DNA of 63,946 bases, counting the filler, from Octopus bimaculoides (Eukaryota): assembly GCF_001194135.2 (NCBI RefSeq). It is 8 parts of 7 records of this genome, joined end to end, with 100 filler letters (N's around TTAATTAATTAA, not from the genome) between each part and the next. Parts side by side here need not be neighbours in the genome. Positions count along the whole stretch, not along the records: positions 7,171 to 18,401 come from NC_068998.1; positions 18,502 to 27,231 come from NC_068981.1; 6 more parts are not named here. The stretch is one strand, 5' to 3'. Position 1 is the stretch's first letter. Each line of letters opens with the position of its first letter. Of the stretch, positions 10,791 through 25,096 are shown one piece after another. The translations under genes and the position numbers were made by a program. The notes beneath the pieces were generated by a model. That model searched no databases. It had not been told where the DNA came from and worked only from the letters and a program-made list of their open reading frames with translations.

Positions 10791-11544
10791 CATACGTACA
10801 TACATCATTGCTATGACACATATCTCTATACATTAAATAATTGATAAAATAAAGACATAAAAATTATGTTCCTCTTAGCGCTTAGTGACATAAAAGACAT
10901 ATTTTCCCATAAAAAATACAACCTCGCCCATTAATGTTTAGGGAAAATGGATATAGGTAGTTGAGAAAAAATATATTCTATATGCAATAGATTCTTTACA
11001 GAATTCTTTGATTTTCAGTCTCAATTTTTTAGGACAACTGGTTTGGCTTCATTTGTTCAAAAAATTGAGAAGTGGAGAAATAGCCCGACCTTACTTACAA
11101 AAGCTTACACAGGTTAAAAAACAAGCAACGGATAGAGATCGACAGACCCATAGATCTTTATAATGTTAGATTGCCAATGATGAAAATAAGTTGTAGAGCA
11201 TTGGTCTAAACAATATACGGTACTTAAGTAGGTATTTCTAGATTCTACCTTCAAAGCGTAAAGACAAAATTGCGCCCTGATTTATATTGTAAATGAATGT
11301 ATAGTAATGTTTGTTGTTGTGTTTTGTTTTTGTACAAATGACCTAAGCCTGTCTTAAGTGAAAAAAACCGAAAACACTGTCTCCCAATCGAAGTGATCCG
11401 GTAATTTATCTTATATACATACATGTGTGTGTGTAAATATATATATTTATATATTTCTATGCATACCGTATTCCATTTATATATATTTATCCAAAGTTGT
11501 GAGAGGTTCCGCGCATGTAGCCAACCCACAGAATTCCTCCGGAA

Positions 11545-11620
11545 CAGCGTTTCTCAACCGGGGCTCTCTGGAATCGTAGTTCCACAAAAGGTTCCTATGG
11601 GTTCCAGCTAATACTAATTT
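11545..11620 (+). mobile_element. Possible hAT/MITE left end
   Basis: CAGCGTTTCTCAACCGGGG resembles hAT (Charlie-type) TIRs; no matching right TIR found. Confidence 0.3.
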
Positions 11621-11969
11621 AATGATCGTAATATTACTAAACATGCAGAATATATAATTGGTCATTGTAATATAGACATCATCTTATCTAACTTATGTTG
11701 TCAAACAAATACAACAACCAAATATATATATATATATATATATATTTACCACAAGGTCGTCGATGAAAAATTATGAGAAAGATATAGTATACATTCTTTT
11801 TTTTTTGTGCAAGGGTAGCTTGAGACATGTAATTTAATTTAAGGTTTACGCAAGGGTAAAAGGCTTCAGAAACACTTCTCTGGAAGACAGGAACAGCAGT
11901 CGGTAGCTGTAAACAAGAAGCATAGGTTTTACGAGCGCGTTCAGAGGCATTTGCCCTAAAAAAGTAAAA

Positions 11970-12021
<52 letters not shown>

Positions 12022-12100
12022 GTATGTCTGTGTGAGCGTATGTGTGTATACACCCACCCACACACACACAGATATATATATATGTGTGTGTGTGTATATA

Positions 12101-12258
12101 GGCTTCTTTCAGTTTCTGTCTACCATATCTACTCACAAGGCTTTGGTCGGCCCAAGGCTATAATAGAAGACAGTTGACGAAGTTTCCACGCAGTGGGACT
12201 GTACCTGGAACCATGTTGTTGGAAAGCAAGCTTCTTACCACAGGGCCACTCCTACGCC
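12101..12258 (-). mobile_element. tRNA-derived SINE with CORE-like segment (octopus OR2-like), 5' part
   Basis: Minus strand GGCGTAGGAGTGGCCCTGTGGTAAGAAGC...GTTCCAGGTACAGTCCCACTGCGTGG...; homologous to 58465-58895 and 18111-18204. Confidence 0.75.
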
Positions 12259-12824
12259 TATAACACATGATTATTTTATTTCTACACTTTCTAACCAAAA
12301 ACCAAGATACACTTGAACAGGGCGAATTCTGTCTGCTACTAATACATCTGTGATCTTAAATGCTGTCCATCCACTAGATACACAATCAGCAAAGGAATTA
12401 TAGTTAATTTCACGTTCTATGATGTATGTGCATTAAGTATGATACATAGATAGCTTCCTGTTGCACAGAGCGGTTATATGGAACTTAGCTACGTGAATTG
12501 TCAAATCAATATACAGCAGATTGATTTGAAATAAAGATCAAAAATAGAACATAAGCTCATATCTTTTACAGCAATTTGCTATTTTGCTTCGGTTCTGCCT
12601 CACATGCGTTTTTTTTTTTTTGTTAATCTTGTATTTCTTTTTTCTATGAATCACATCGGAAAGCAAATATGTCTGTTCTGATCATTTTCTATATTTTCAT
12701 TCTATATGTATTTGTCTTTTATATAAATTTGTCAGATCGAATGATGTCTTTATATCTTTAGATTATTGTATATACTTTGAAGATTTTTACACATGCTGTT
12801 AGGGTTAGGGTTAGGCTTAGATGC

Positions 12825-13380
12825 AGTACCAGGCAGTGGCTCTCATGACTTCAGATCTTAATTGATTGGAAGTGTTATCATGTACATTGTTTTGTCTTGG
12901 TAAAATGATGGGCTACAGCAAATATTCTGCTTAATACCACAGATTTGCTTACCAGTTGTTTGACCATAACCAGTTGAGCATGTCCCTTGGTGGCTGACGA
13001 TATGTGCATCTCTGATCATGAGCAGAAGTAGTGGGGGAGCATCATAGCCATGTGTTGAGAAGAATTCTTTGGGGTTTGAATAATTCACTTTAGGAAATAT
13101 GGGTGTTTTGCTCAACATCCTTAACAAACCTTATTCAGTGACCTTTTGAGCACGATGGGCTACTCGATCTGAAGAAAATTCTAACTGGGCCCCACCTGCG
13201 AGGTCATGCACTGTTTATCTTGATATGAGATTACCATGTCGCGCACATACGGTTGTGATGCATGTGCCTGTTGTACCCTTATCAGACGGGTAGTCATGAT
13301 GGGTATACTGGGCTTTGTATATTTTACCCTAGTGTCACTTTGATGGCATGCACTGCTCTCTGACTCAATAATAATAATAT
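12825..13380 (+). mobile_element. Unclassified interspersed repeat ending in (AAT)n, possible LINE 3' region
   Basis: Higher-GC block with sharp boundaries and a terminal AATAATAATAAT; no ORF recognised and only one copy in the window. Confidence 0.3.
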
Positions 13381-13510
13381 CGAAAAATACCTTAGGAATG
13401 AGAACCCAGGTTCAATTTCCCCAAGACACCTGATGGAGACTGGAGGTTATATCAGCCGAAACGAGTTAACAACAAACAAGATGAGGACAAATATCCGTTA
13501 AATTTAAATA
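13378..13510 (+). mobile_element. Degenerate copy of the hammerhead-bearing repeat at 32270-32410
   Basis: ATCGAAAAATACCTTAGGAATGAGAA...CCCCAAGACACCTGATGG...TATATCAGCCGAAACGAGTTAACAACAAACAAGATGAGGACAAATATCCG aligns with 32271-32400; core mutated (CTGATGG). Confidence 0.8.
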
Positions 13511-15571
13511 ACTTAAATGATGTGTTGTTGGCATCTATGAACATGAAAGCTTGGGTTCTAGAATATAGACAAAAGCCTTTAAAAAATATACGCATGCACA
13601 CATACACACACACCCACACACATACACCCACACCCACACACACACACACACACATTTAAAACAACTCGTTCGAACTTTAAAACAAAAGAAATATTTATTT
13701 AGTACAGTATAAGATACCTTCATATCTATAAATTTCTTTCTTTTATAGCAACGTTCACCAAGCTTAAATATGTATGTGTGTGTTTTTGCGTGCGTGCAAT
13801 GAAGGTCGTATAATTTTCAAGTGATTTCTTTGAGAAGTACCATGATGTGTTCTTGGTCTCTCTTCTTCAAACAGTGCAATACTCAATAACATTAAACCTT
13901 TTCTAGACTTTACAGCGTTTATTTTCCATTTTAAATATTTTCCTTCCAGTATATAAAAATACTATGTAACTATTTACTTCCTGCAAAAAATAATTTTAAA
14001 AAATCAAATAAAAAAGCTTAAAGAAAACTCACTGTATCAAACCATTTTAAAAGTCACATCTTTTAGAGAGTATGTTTTACCTTTGGCTAAAGTATAATTG
14101 ATCACTTTATTTATTCATATATTTTATTTCAGTGCATTTCTTTTTGGCATTAAAATAAATTATTACTTTAATTCCGCAACTATTCATCTTAGTATAAAAA
14201 TTATATGGAGCAAATAAAAACAAATAAGTAAATAAATAAAATAATTTTTTTAAGTCTCTGCAGATTTCAAAGAGCAACTCTTTGAAAAAAATACAGAAAA
14301 AAAAACTAATAAAAAGAATTAAAAACTTTCAAAGAGCATTAATTCAAAATATTTTGAATTTCGAAAATAAATAGCTTTTATATTTGTCGTTCTTTTTTCC
14401 TTTTTTGCGGGGAGGAGGAAATGAAATATATTTTTATATCCCCGCCTCAACGAAAAGCAAAATTAAATAAAATAACATAGCGGCAACTGCTAAAGAAATA
14501 TAAAAACAAAAACGAAATTCTGATTATGAAAAGCAAGAAAAAACGAACCATTACTGCATGTGTGGAGCACATTGACACTTTCCACAGCAATTCAGCAGTA
14601 AATATGTTTGAATTTGAACTTTTTTACTCCTAGAAGTATTTCTTTGAGTAAACATTATAAAATGTAAATTCCTGCATGTATTTAACCAAAACACACAATT
14701 GAGAATCCTCAAATGGTTGCTGTAACCTAACTATAATCATGTTTGAATCTAACCGAACAGGTCTATAATCAGATATATTCCAGGCATCACCATAGTTATT
14801 TGTTGTTTCTTGTCAAAATATAATGTTTTCGGAGGCGCATTATCACGGATTATCATACTGAGACGGTATGGTGTGCGATTTGAAAGAAATATGGCGGCTA
14901 GTTGCTGCGTGTCGAATACCCACGTAGAAGGTCCACGTAAACAAGAAAGAAACCAATTCTGTAAGAAAATCCTTGTGAACTTTCAGAAATGATGGCATGA
15001 AAGATTTATTTAATCTATTTTCTCTTAAGTCTGTTTCAACTTCTTTGACAGCATGACTATATCGTATTAAACACGCCTGAAACCAACTGCGCATTTTGAT
15101 AGAAATCTCAAATATTTTGTTTTTTGATGTCCATGACAAAGTTCCCAAGTCATTTCTTTTCATTTTCTAACACACACACACAAACACACTCGCATGTATA
15201 TTTTAGGGAAGATGCCACTCAACGAACACTCGAACAGGTTCTAATTCAAATTAAACGATTTTAATAAAAGTATGTACACATTGGATTATATCATCCAGGG
15301 CATACTTCGGATAGAAAGAAAATGCCAGATTGACAACGGCTGCAATCCTATGACTGCATTTTTGCACAAGTCGGACCGTTTCAGGTACTCGTCTATTTCC
15401 TCAAACGTGCACAGACAGAAATTCGGAAGTCTAGTTATTAAGTTTCTTAAAATAACATCACTTCTACTCTTCGGAAAACGGTCTAGTGGTTAGAATGTCA
15501 TTGCAGTTGATAAAAGATATTGAGTTCGTTTAAGAAGGGCATCTGAGGAGAGTTGAAAAAAAATGTCAATT

Positions 15572-15745
15572 GTTGGTGTGTTTACCTTCCCGGAACCTAG
15601 CGGTTCGGCGAAAAAGACCGATTGGATAAATAGTGGGCCGATAGTATAAATGGCAGACTTAACCAAGATTGGCACTAAAAATTCCTCTTGGTGGTGCCCC
15701 AGCATGGCCGCACTCTAATGCCTGAAACAAATAAAAAGCAAAAGA
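15572..15745 (+). mobile_element. SINE 3' tail fragment
   Basis: TAGCGGTTCGGCGAAAAAGACCGAT...GTGCCCCAGCATGGCCGCA...TGAAACAAATAAAAAG, shared with other copies. Confidence 0.65.
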
Positions 15746-17125
15746 AAATAAAGTTAAAAGTTAATGCATATGAACTTCTACTAACGAGCGTTTGGTAATT
15801 CTTTTATGAGATTAATAAGGGTATCTTGGATCTTATTCTTTATATCAATATAAAAGAAAGGAAATGTATTTTTTAGTCATATTTGTGAATGTTTAACCTT
15901 CACGATCAGGATGTCTCATAGTGTACGAACGACAGGGGGTAGTTGGGAGTTAGTGTTGTTTCCAGTTTTATTTAAATTCTTGCTCATTTATAATTAGGAA
16001 AACAAATACAATGAGAACACTTGGATATTAAGGAATATCCTGAAGTATATACTTCAGCAGAAGAAAATGATTAGGCTAGCTGTTACGCTTATAACACGTG
16101 ATACTAAGTTGGCGATGAGGAAATAATAGAGACGTGCTAGTGTAACGTTGATGAGAATATAAGAGAAACTGTACGAAATGATAATTCAAGCGTAAATGAG
16201 AAGAATTTAACAAGTTTAGAGGAGCAGCAATACTTTTAGTAGCTTAGAATTTTGGCCAAGGGTAGTTGTGTGAATGTGTATGTGCGCTTCCTTTTTTAAT
16301 GCGTAGGTTTTCCTATCAGATTGATGGTACGATAAAATATCTTGAATCTATTCATCTGTTCACCTAATAAAAGAATTCCAATTTATATATAACTGACTCT
16401 ATATATATGATGTACTTGCAGTATTCATCGTATTCTAAGGAATGAAATCAATAGATATGTTATAATATCAAAACTACTGCTTAGCTGTGTGGGTGTTGAA
16501 AGGAAGGGGAGGAACAAAAAAAATTTGGGAACGTTTTATTCACGTTGCTTTCCTCTCACACTCCTCTCACATCTATATCACATATAATTTCAACATCATT
16601 GCTCATGTCATGGAGATCAGTATATCATGTTAAAATACACTTAAACATATCGGGTCATAACCAATATAGGAAATTTTCATTCAAAAATCTCCACTGCCAC
16701 CACTGTTTATTGAATAAACTGTGTTTAAGCACATGCTTCGGCTCAATAGATTCCACCAAATATACAACAGAGAGAAGTCAAACAATTATTTCCTCAACAA
16801 GTTTAAGATGGGGCTACAACTGACCGATATGTCAAAGGTCAGAATGAACGCATTTAATAACACTCACTGCTTGATTCATTGAGACACAGTAATCTTGATA
16901 TTTCGAGGAGAGCATCCCATTGCAGGAACGTAATTATAATAAATATTGTTGCATAGTTGTGAGATTAAAAACAATCTATTTGCTACCACATACAAATGGT
17001 TTCGATTTCAAAGCGAAGTGGCTAAAGTACAGTCGTCTAATATTGCATAATGCTTAACAATGTATTGCGAGTGGAAATTGATGGAATTATATATAGTGAA
17101 TATAAATATATGTGTATACGTATGG

Positions 17126-17156
<31 letters not shown>

Positions 17157-17208
17157 CACTTATCGAAACATACATGTTTACATATACGCATTCATATATA
17201 CGTACATT

Positions 17209-17291
<83 letters not shown>

Positions 17292-17389
17292 ATAAATCAT
17301 AGGGCAGCAAAAAAATTTTAGAAATTTTATTTACCACCAGTGGTCCAGCGAGAAAATAAAATTAGTCATTAGACTATATATTATTCATT

Positions 17390-17634
17390 TAAAATAGAGA
17401 TGCCTATAATAGGACATCTAACCCGCTAGAAAGAGCAGCAAAAAACTTTATACCACAAAAATAGTGATAATTTCGAAAGGGAATGAAAAATAGCTTGAAA
17501 CCATGGTACGGAAAATAGATTGGTAAATGTTTTTATCTTTCATTCCCTTTCGAAATTATCCCTATTTTTGTGGTAGAGTTTTTTGCTGCTCTTTCTAGCG
17601 GGTTAGATGTCCTATTATAGGCATCTCTGTATTT

Positions 17635-17636
<2 letters not shown>
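17390..17636. mobile_element. Foldback/MITE-like element with ~100-bp inverted arms
   Basis: 17390-17489 is the near-perfect reverse complement of 17538-17636, with a ~48-nt spacer. Confidence 0.75.
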
Positions 17637-17666
<30 letters not shown>

Positions 17667-18110
17667 ATATATATACATACACACACACGGACACACATAT
17701 GTATATACAGGTCATGTACAATGGATACAGGAGGTTGAATGTACTGGAATCCTTGTTTATCACAGCGATCGTTTAACCACATCCTGCATCACTCCCTCGA
17801 GCTTGGGAAGAAACTATACAGTGAAATGCTTCAACCATTATCTGATATATGGGAAAATGTGGTACAAAGTAGTGTTCCATGAAGAATGGAAACAACACTC
17901 GATTTTCGCTCAACGATCTTGTGCATTGCCGGTTGCACTGTAATTCGTTGTATAACTTCTCACACAAGAGAGGGAGAGGGACAGGGAGAGAGTGATGCTG
18001 GATGAGTCGAAACGGTCGTTGTGATCCATAAATTATCCAGTAAATTCTATCTTCAGTATCAATTGTTTCAACTATATTCAACATGCATTGAGGAATATCT
18101 AACGTACAAC

Positions 18111-18385
18111 CATAGTAGAAGACACTTGCTCAAGGTATCAAGCAGTGGAACGGAACCCGGAACCATGTGGTTGGTAAGCAAGCTACTTACCAAACAGCCA
18201 CTCCTTACTTGTTTCAGTCATTTTGACAACGCCCATGCTAGGGCACCACCTTGAAGAGTTTTAGGACTTAGATTTTAACGTCTAGTACATCGGTCTCTCT
18301 TGCCGAACCTCTTACATACGGCGACGTAAATACAGCAACACCGGTCGTCAGGTGGTGGTAGAAGCCAGACACAGCCATAAAGACA
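18111..18385 (-). mobile_element. Two adjacent SINE fragments (head 18111-18204; tail 18205-18385)
   Basis: Matches the CORE-like SINE head and the common TGACTGAAACAAGTAA tail. Confidence 0.7.
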
Positions 18386-18691
18386 TATATATATATATAT
18401 ANNNNNNNNNNNNNNNNNNNNNNNNNNNNNNNNNNNNNNNNNNNNTTAATTAATTAANNNNNNNNNNNNNNNNNNNNNNNNNNNNNNNNNNNNNNNNNNN
18501 NGAAACAGGTGCACTCCACTTTCAGTGAGAAGTATATGATATTGTATTTTCGTGTTATAAAATTGTTGTTCCCAGGGAGATCAATTTTGCATCATTTCTA
18601 GTGTTGTGTCAATGTTGTGTCTTTTTTTTTTATAGTTCTGAAGTGTCGTGAGTATGAGTGTCTGTGCATGTGTGTGTACAACTCCGTGTTT

Positions 18692-18735
<44 letters not shown>

Positions 18736-21667
18736 ACGTCTCTTCTTGTGCGTGTGTCTGTGCGAGTGTATCGTACATGCTACCTGCTTAGTCCTATGCA
18801 TTTGGATTTGGACAGAATAGAATACTTGTTGAATGCTTGTGTTACATTAATATTTTACCTCTCATTACTGACAATATGAGGTGTACGCGTGTGTGTGTGT
18901 GTATGTGTGTGTGCGTGCGTATGTGTGTGTGTATGACATTTCAATTTGTAGAGGAATATATCGTCATGCATCGTATGTTGTAACTTCAAGTTTTTAAATC
19001 AACTATGTAGAATGGAAGATATGTGTGATTTTGATACTGTAGTTTCTTGTATATATATGCAAGTGAATATTTATTTTGTCTGCTTTGATTGTGTAGAAAA
19101 ACATGGATATTTTTGTCGCAGAACCATTAGATTATATATTCTGTATGTTGTACTCTTATATTTGATGGTTACAATACAGGGTATAGATTATAGAGGTCAA
19201 GTTCTCTTATTATATCGGAATTGCTTATATGTGCTGTATCGAATATGGCTTTGGTTTTCATTGTACCTATATTTTAATGACATCTATAAACTTTTGTTTA
19301 TATTTACTCCGATTATTAGTTCTATGATCTTTATACAGATATATATTTAACATAGAAGTTAGAAGTCTCATCGATGAACATTTAGATTTCCGACTAATAG
19401 AATACACCTAGTTTTACAGTTGATGTTTAATCTCCTGAACATTCAACTCTGAACTTAAATATGGTGTGAAATCTACGTGGCAGAATACGCCACTACAGGA
19501 CCTTCATTTTAGCAGTATGATAGTGCGACCGAATCTAGTACTGGTTTGGTCTTTCATCTAAACCTTCGGTTAGTTCAAAAGACAAAGTTCATCTAATCAG
19601 GATTTGATATCGAAACGCGATTGCCATGGAAGAAAGAGAAATTGATAAAGTGTTATCAGCCCCCAGCAACATGTTGATAAAAAAGACACATAAATTAATT
19701 GAATGTATACTTCCGTGCATACAGAGAAAAAGAAAATCAAAAAAACAATAAGAATATTACACAATACCAAACGCTGATAGGAGACTGCAGAAAGTCGTAA
19801 CTCAGAATATCACGTTACATATTACTGAAATATATATTACACATTTCGTTTATAACGGGTTAGTAGAGATCGAAATCTCGTGATTAAATTGTTATAATGT
19901 AACGTTTAGTGTTAAAATTACTGATTAGCAGTCTGTTTAGTTAAAATGACAGAAGTAAAATTAAAAGGAATGAATGAGTGTGATGTATCTAACAGATTAC
20001 ATATGTTAAGAATGAAGAGGTAGAGAGACATAGAAGAAAAGAGAGAAACATATAAACAAAATAATTAAATATAGGCGCCACTAGCGAAAAAGAGCAGAAT
20101 GTAGTAGCAGCATAAATGATAATGAAAAATAGAAGACTATTAGAAGTGTATCATTCACTGACCTAAGATATAATTTGACACCATAGTATGAGGGACAGCG
20201 TGTTTATTTGTGAAAAAGTTGTTATATTCAATAAAAGTATGTAATGGTTTTGATAGTAAGAATAACCGACTGAATGAGCGATAAAAGAAACTGCGATGTT
20301 TAGATGAATGCTTCAGCTTGGGTTGGAAGAAAGTAATAAGGAATGAAATTCACATTTATAGTCGCAAAAATTTAGCTACAAATTAAACATGCAAGATTGA
20401 CACAAACTCATATATACGCGTATGATGCTAGTACATAGTGAACAACTGGGAAGTAATTAGATATATGAAAGGCAATGAAGTAGAGTACAGGATTCAATAG
20501 AAAATTTCGACATAATTTCACATCATGAAATTAGAAAAATCCTATGAAAGATTCGTTCTTTTAAATCACGTCCAGACTAGTTAGTTTACCGTTCTCACAA
20601 ATTCTTTGAACAAAATAATCTTTGCTGTGATATTTAGCGTTGAATAGGCCAGAGTAAAAGTTCACACACTTGAATACGAGATCCGTATATGAGAGGAAGT
20701 TTTTAATGCAATTTCCTCACTCGCTGCTAGAAATTATATTCATATATAGCTGTAAATACATTTCGGAAATTTTCCTTTAAACTTTTATACTACTAGTGTC
20801 CAATTAGAAGCAACTTCTGAGATAAGCTTACAAAGGATTTTCTGATATAAGATGTTACACTCAGGATATAATACATATGGAATATACCAGAGTTATTAGC
20901 ATGTTAGACACATTGTATTTATGTATGTGTGCTTGTGTGTATGCATATACATATACATATACGTACGATGAATATGTGTGTGTGCGTGATGAAAGAAAGG
21001 GATAAATACATAGATAGATAGATATAAATATACACACTCGTATGGAACAATGAGAATTAAGTGCTCAGTCGTGGATAGATATCTTTAGTTGTGGATTAAG
21101 AAATCAATCGCTTTGTATAGATAAGATATTCACAATTAATAATTGGAACTGCAGGAGTATTCTCATCCAATCTGAAGACGAATATCAACATTCCTCCGTA
21201 ATTCACTTGAACAATCATGGAGGAAATGTAACCCTTGTTTGGCTTATTATACTACATGTAAACTATTATACATTTGTGTGTATAATCTACATATATATGC
21301 TGACTCTGATTTAGTCAATTACTGATTTAATAACGTCTGTCTAGTGTTGTCACTCTTCGGTATTTCCCATTGAAAGAGACTAATGAACTAGAAACGCGCT
21401 GGGAATCTTACCGGGCTTAGCACTATACAGATATCGTATTTTGATACCTTTTACTGTAAGAGATAATTTTTACTCCTCGATACCTGTAGTGAATTTATAA
21501 GTCGAAATATACCATAAACATACTTCAAGTTCGCTTACATATGTATGGATGCATTTANNNNNNNNNNNNNNNNNNNNNNNNNNNNNNNNNNNNNNNNNNN
21601 NNNNNNNNNNNNNNNNNNNNNNNNNNNNNNNNNNNNNNNNNNNNNNNNNNNNNNNNNNNNNNNNNNN

Positions 21668-21713
<46 letters not shown>

Positions 21714-22995
21714 AATGTATATATGTATATATGTATATATGTATGTATGTATGTATGTATGAAAATGTGTATGTATATATGTATCTATGCATGCATGCAT
21801 ATATGAGGAAACACAAAGGGGGCGATGAGGAGGAAACAGAATAAAGAACATAGAGACATAATGATTAGGAATATGTTGAGAAATATATAAAACATTTATT
21901 TGATGAAAAAGTATGAAAAATAACAATGAATCTTGTGTAAAAAGAAGTAAATGAAGGTAAAAAAAAAATTAAGTGAAAAATTAGAAACAAGGGGAACATA
22001 GGGCTTATATATAACGTTGATGAATGGGCAAAAGCGGAAGTGTGAGTATGGCAAAGAGGATAGTAGCAGAATGTGATTTATGATGCATGGATCTAATTTT
22101 TACGTGTTGTTTTGAGCGGTAATAATAGGGAGAAGGTAACAGTCTCACTGGCGATGTCTGTCTATCAAATAACTGTTTATTAGGATCTTAAAGAAATACG
22201 GAAGAAAGAATTGTTGCTGCTATCATAGGTGGATTAAAAAAACAGGTATATTTAAACGGAAGAAATATTTCTGGTCATATTGTTAATTCATTCATGTTTT
22301 AATTTTCTCCCTTCATCAGTAGTAAAAGTATCGGTAGAGGAGTATGCTGATCTGCATGGTGTGTAATTAAGGAAATATTAGATTAAAATATGAAAGACAT
22401 TCTCAAAGAATTGTAATTTCATTTATCATTAGCATATATTTTTCTTTAATAATTTCCTTAATCACGTTTTCTCTATCCTTACAATTTTAATTCTATAATA
22501 GCTACAACCCCTCAAACCCAATTTCACCTTATTTTAATCCTTTCCTACATTTATCGCATCTATTTTTTGCCGAAGGTGTCATCAGGACACACGTACACCT
22601 CACGTTATAAAGATGTTCTTGACAGCAGTGCATTCAATACTATCGTTGTTCTAATACTATGGCAGTTTGACATTCTATAGTCAAAATCTTACACCTGCTG
22701 TTGAGACCGAAACACTTTTCCGAACATAAGTACCACTTCCCACATTTATTTCTCAGTTGTTTGTGCTTCTTAATTCCATCTATTTACCTGCTCTATCTGG
22801 CTTCCTGTCTCTATCTTTCTGTCTGTCTGTCTGTCTGTCTGCATGTATGTCTGTCTGTCTGTATGTATGTATGTCTGTCTCTCTCATCTCTCTTTCCTTC
22901 CTCTCTCTCTCCGTGTCTCTGTTTCTCTGTCTGCCTCTGCCTCTGTCTCTCTTTGTCCGTCTGTCTGTATGTCTGTCTCTCTCTCTTTCTGTCTC

Positions 22996-23062
<67 letters not shown>

Positions 23063-23937
23063 NNNNNNNNNNNNNNNNNNNNNNNNNNNNNNNNNNNNNN
23101 NNNNNNNNNNNNNNNNNNNNNNNNNNNNNNNNNNNNNNNNNNNNNNNNNNNNNNNNNNNNNNNNNNNNNNNNNNNNNNNNNNNNNNNNNNNNNNNNNNNN
23201 NNNNNNNNNNNNNNNNNNNNNNNNNNNNNNNNNNNNNNNNNNNNNNNNNNNNNNNNNNNNNNNNNNNNNNNNNNNNNNNNNNNNNNNNNNNNNNNNNNNN
23301 NNNNNNNNNNNNNNNNNNNNNNNNNNNNNNNNNNNNNNNNNNNNNNNNNNNNNNNNNNNNNNNNNNNNNNNNNNNNNNNNNNNNNNNNNNNNNNNNNNNN
23401 NNNNNNNNNNNNNNNNNNNNNNNNNNNNNNNNNNNNNNNNNNNNNNNNNNNNNNNNNNNNNNNNNNNNNNNNNNNNNNNNNNNNNNNNNNNNNNNNNNNN
23501 NNNNNNNNNNNNNNNNNNNNNNNNNNNNNNNNNNNNNNNNNNNNNNNNNNNNNNNNNNNNNNNNNNNNNNNNNNNNNNNNNNNNNNNNNNNNNNNNNNNN
23601 NNNNNNNNNNNNNNNNNNNNNNNNNNNNNNNNNNNNNNNNNNNNNNNNNNNNNNNNNNNNNNNNNNNNNNNNNNNNNNNNNNNNNNNNNNNNNNNNNNNN
23701 NNNNNNNNNNNNNNNNNNNNNNNNNNNNNNNNNNNNNNNNNNNNNNNNNNNNNNNNNNNNNNNNNNNNNNNNNNNNNNNNNNNNNNNNNNNNNNNNNNNN
23801 NNNNNNNNNNNNNNNNNNNNNNNNNNNNNNNNNNNNNNNNNNNNNNNNNNNNNNNNNNNNNNNNNNNNNNNNNNNNNNNNNNNNNNNNNNNNNNNNNNNN
23901 NNNNNNNNNNNNNNNNNNNNNNNNNNNNNNNNNNNNA

Positions 23938-24169
23938 TTCCCTTCGTTTCAGGCCTTGCTGAAATCGAGCTAGATAACATCTGTATTCAAGCCGTCTTCC
24001 AATGACATTAAAATGTCGTCAAGGTGATGTAGGAGCTGCGTTCCGTAGTTCCTTCCATTTCCGAGAAAATTTTCATCACCTCTCTCAAATCCCTTGATGA
24101 TATGGGAGGTGAGCGAGATCGGCCGGTAGTTCACTGCAAGTGACTACTTGCCTTTCTTTGAAAACTGAG

Positions 24170-24180
<11 letters not shown>
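23938..24180 (-). mobile_element. CR1/L2/Jockey-type LINE reverse transcriptase fragment, degenerate
   Basis: Minus translation KKGK*SLAVNYRPISLTSHIIKGFER...QLLHHLDDILMSLEDGLNTDVI*LDFSKA, with stops and a deletion. Confidence 0.85.
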
Positions 24181-24207
<27 letters not shown>

Positions 24208-24505
24208 GTCTTATAAAATATATAAGAGGGCTGTGCTTGCTTGGAATGAACGGCAAAAGTGAGTTCACAGCTAATGGCTAGATATGATTATAAATATTGT
24301 CAAGATATTAGGAGTACTAAATAAGGTATAAAGTAGCTGTCCACAAAGTTAAAGTGGCAAGACGCTAATAAAACCTAAACTGGTAACATCATGATTTAGG
24401 GTTTTCCCTTACCCAGCCTCCTTGATAGACATTTAATTTATACCCAATTTACTACTCCTAATAGCTTAACAGTATTTATGGCAATACCTATCCATGAGCT
24501 GTCAT

Positions 24506-24691
24506 CTAATTGTTTCCCTTCCTTCCAAACAGACACAGTCCTCTAGTCTTAGATATAGTAGTTGATAAAAAGACAAACACATTAGAATTGAACCACCATC
24601 CTTTACCAGCTATGACCCAGTAAGCTTCATGCCTTTCTTGGATGAGTAGTATATTCTTAGCTACAATAGCCATAACATGGATTTCTTCCAT
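24506..24691 (-). mobile_element. Possible APE endonuclease remnant of the same LINE
   Basis: KNILLIQE...KTRGLCLFGRKG resembles the APE motifs (ILLIQE; RGGGV.LYVRK); same strand as, and upstream of, the RT fragment. Confidence 0.35.
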
Positions 24692-24706
24692 CTTCTTGCT
24701 CTGTTA

Positions 24707-24966
24707 GATCGACCCAGGATTCATTCTTTGTAAGCCAAGTAATCATTCTATCAGTGACCTTTGCCGAACCGCCACATTACAGGGACGTAAGCACACCAGC
24801 ATTAGTTGTCAACCGATGTTGGGAGGACAAACACAGACACATTGATTTATATATATATATGTATATGTATATGCATACAACGGGCTTCTTTCAGTTTCCG
24901 TCTACGAAATGCACTCACAAGGCTTTGGTCGGTCAGTGTGATAGAAGACATTTGCCCAAGTACCAC
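24707..24966 (-). mobile_element. CORE-like SINE, 5'-truncated
   Basis: TTGGGCAAATGTCTT core, GACGGAAACTGAAAGAAGCCCGT, internal (TA) tract and GCGGTTCGGCAAA tail segment. Confidence 0.75.
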
Positions 24967-25050
24967 GGATTGGAAAGTATACCACTTACCAACAATCATT
25001 CCTGCCCCTCATGTATATATATATATATGCATATATGCATATATATATAT

Positions 25051-25096
<46 letters not shown>

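Noticed and set aside
16820-16900. Kinase-like snippets KCVHSDL (minus) and CKTSNFGISR (plus, ~31570)
   Set aside because: Opposite strands, catalytic residues altered, surrounded by stops.
22701-24005. Long ORFs of 280-500 aa spanning N-runs (also 3.6-4.7, 28.6-29.5, 39.4-40.3, 44.6-45.6, 60.1-61.3 and 62.2-63.3 kb)
   Set aside because: Open only because N codons are not stops.
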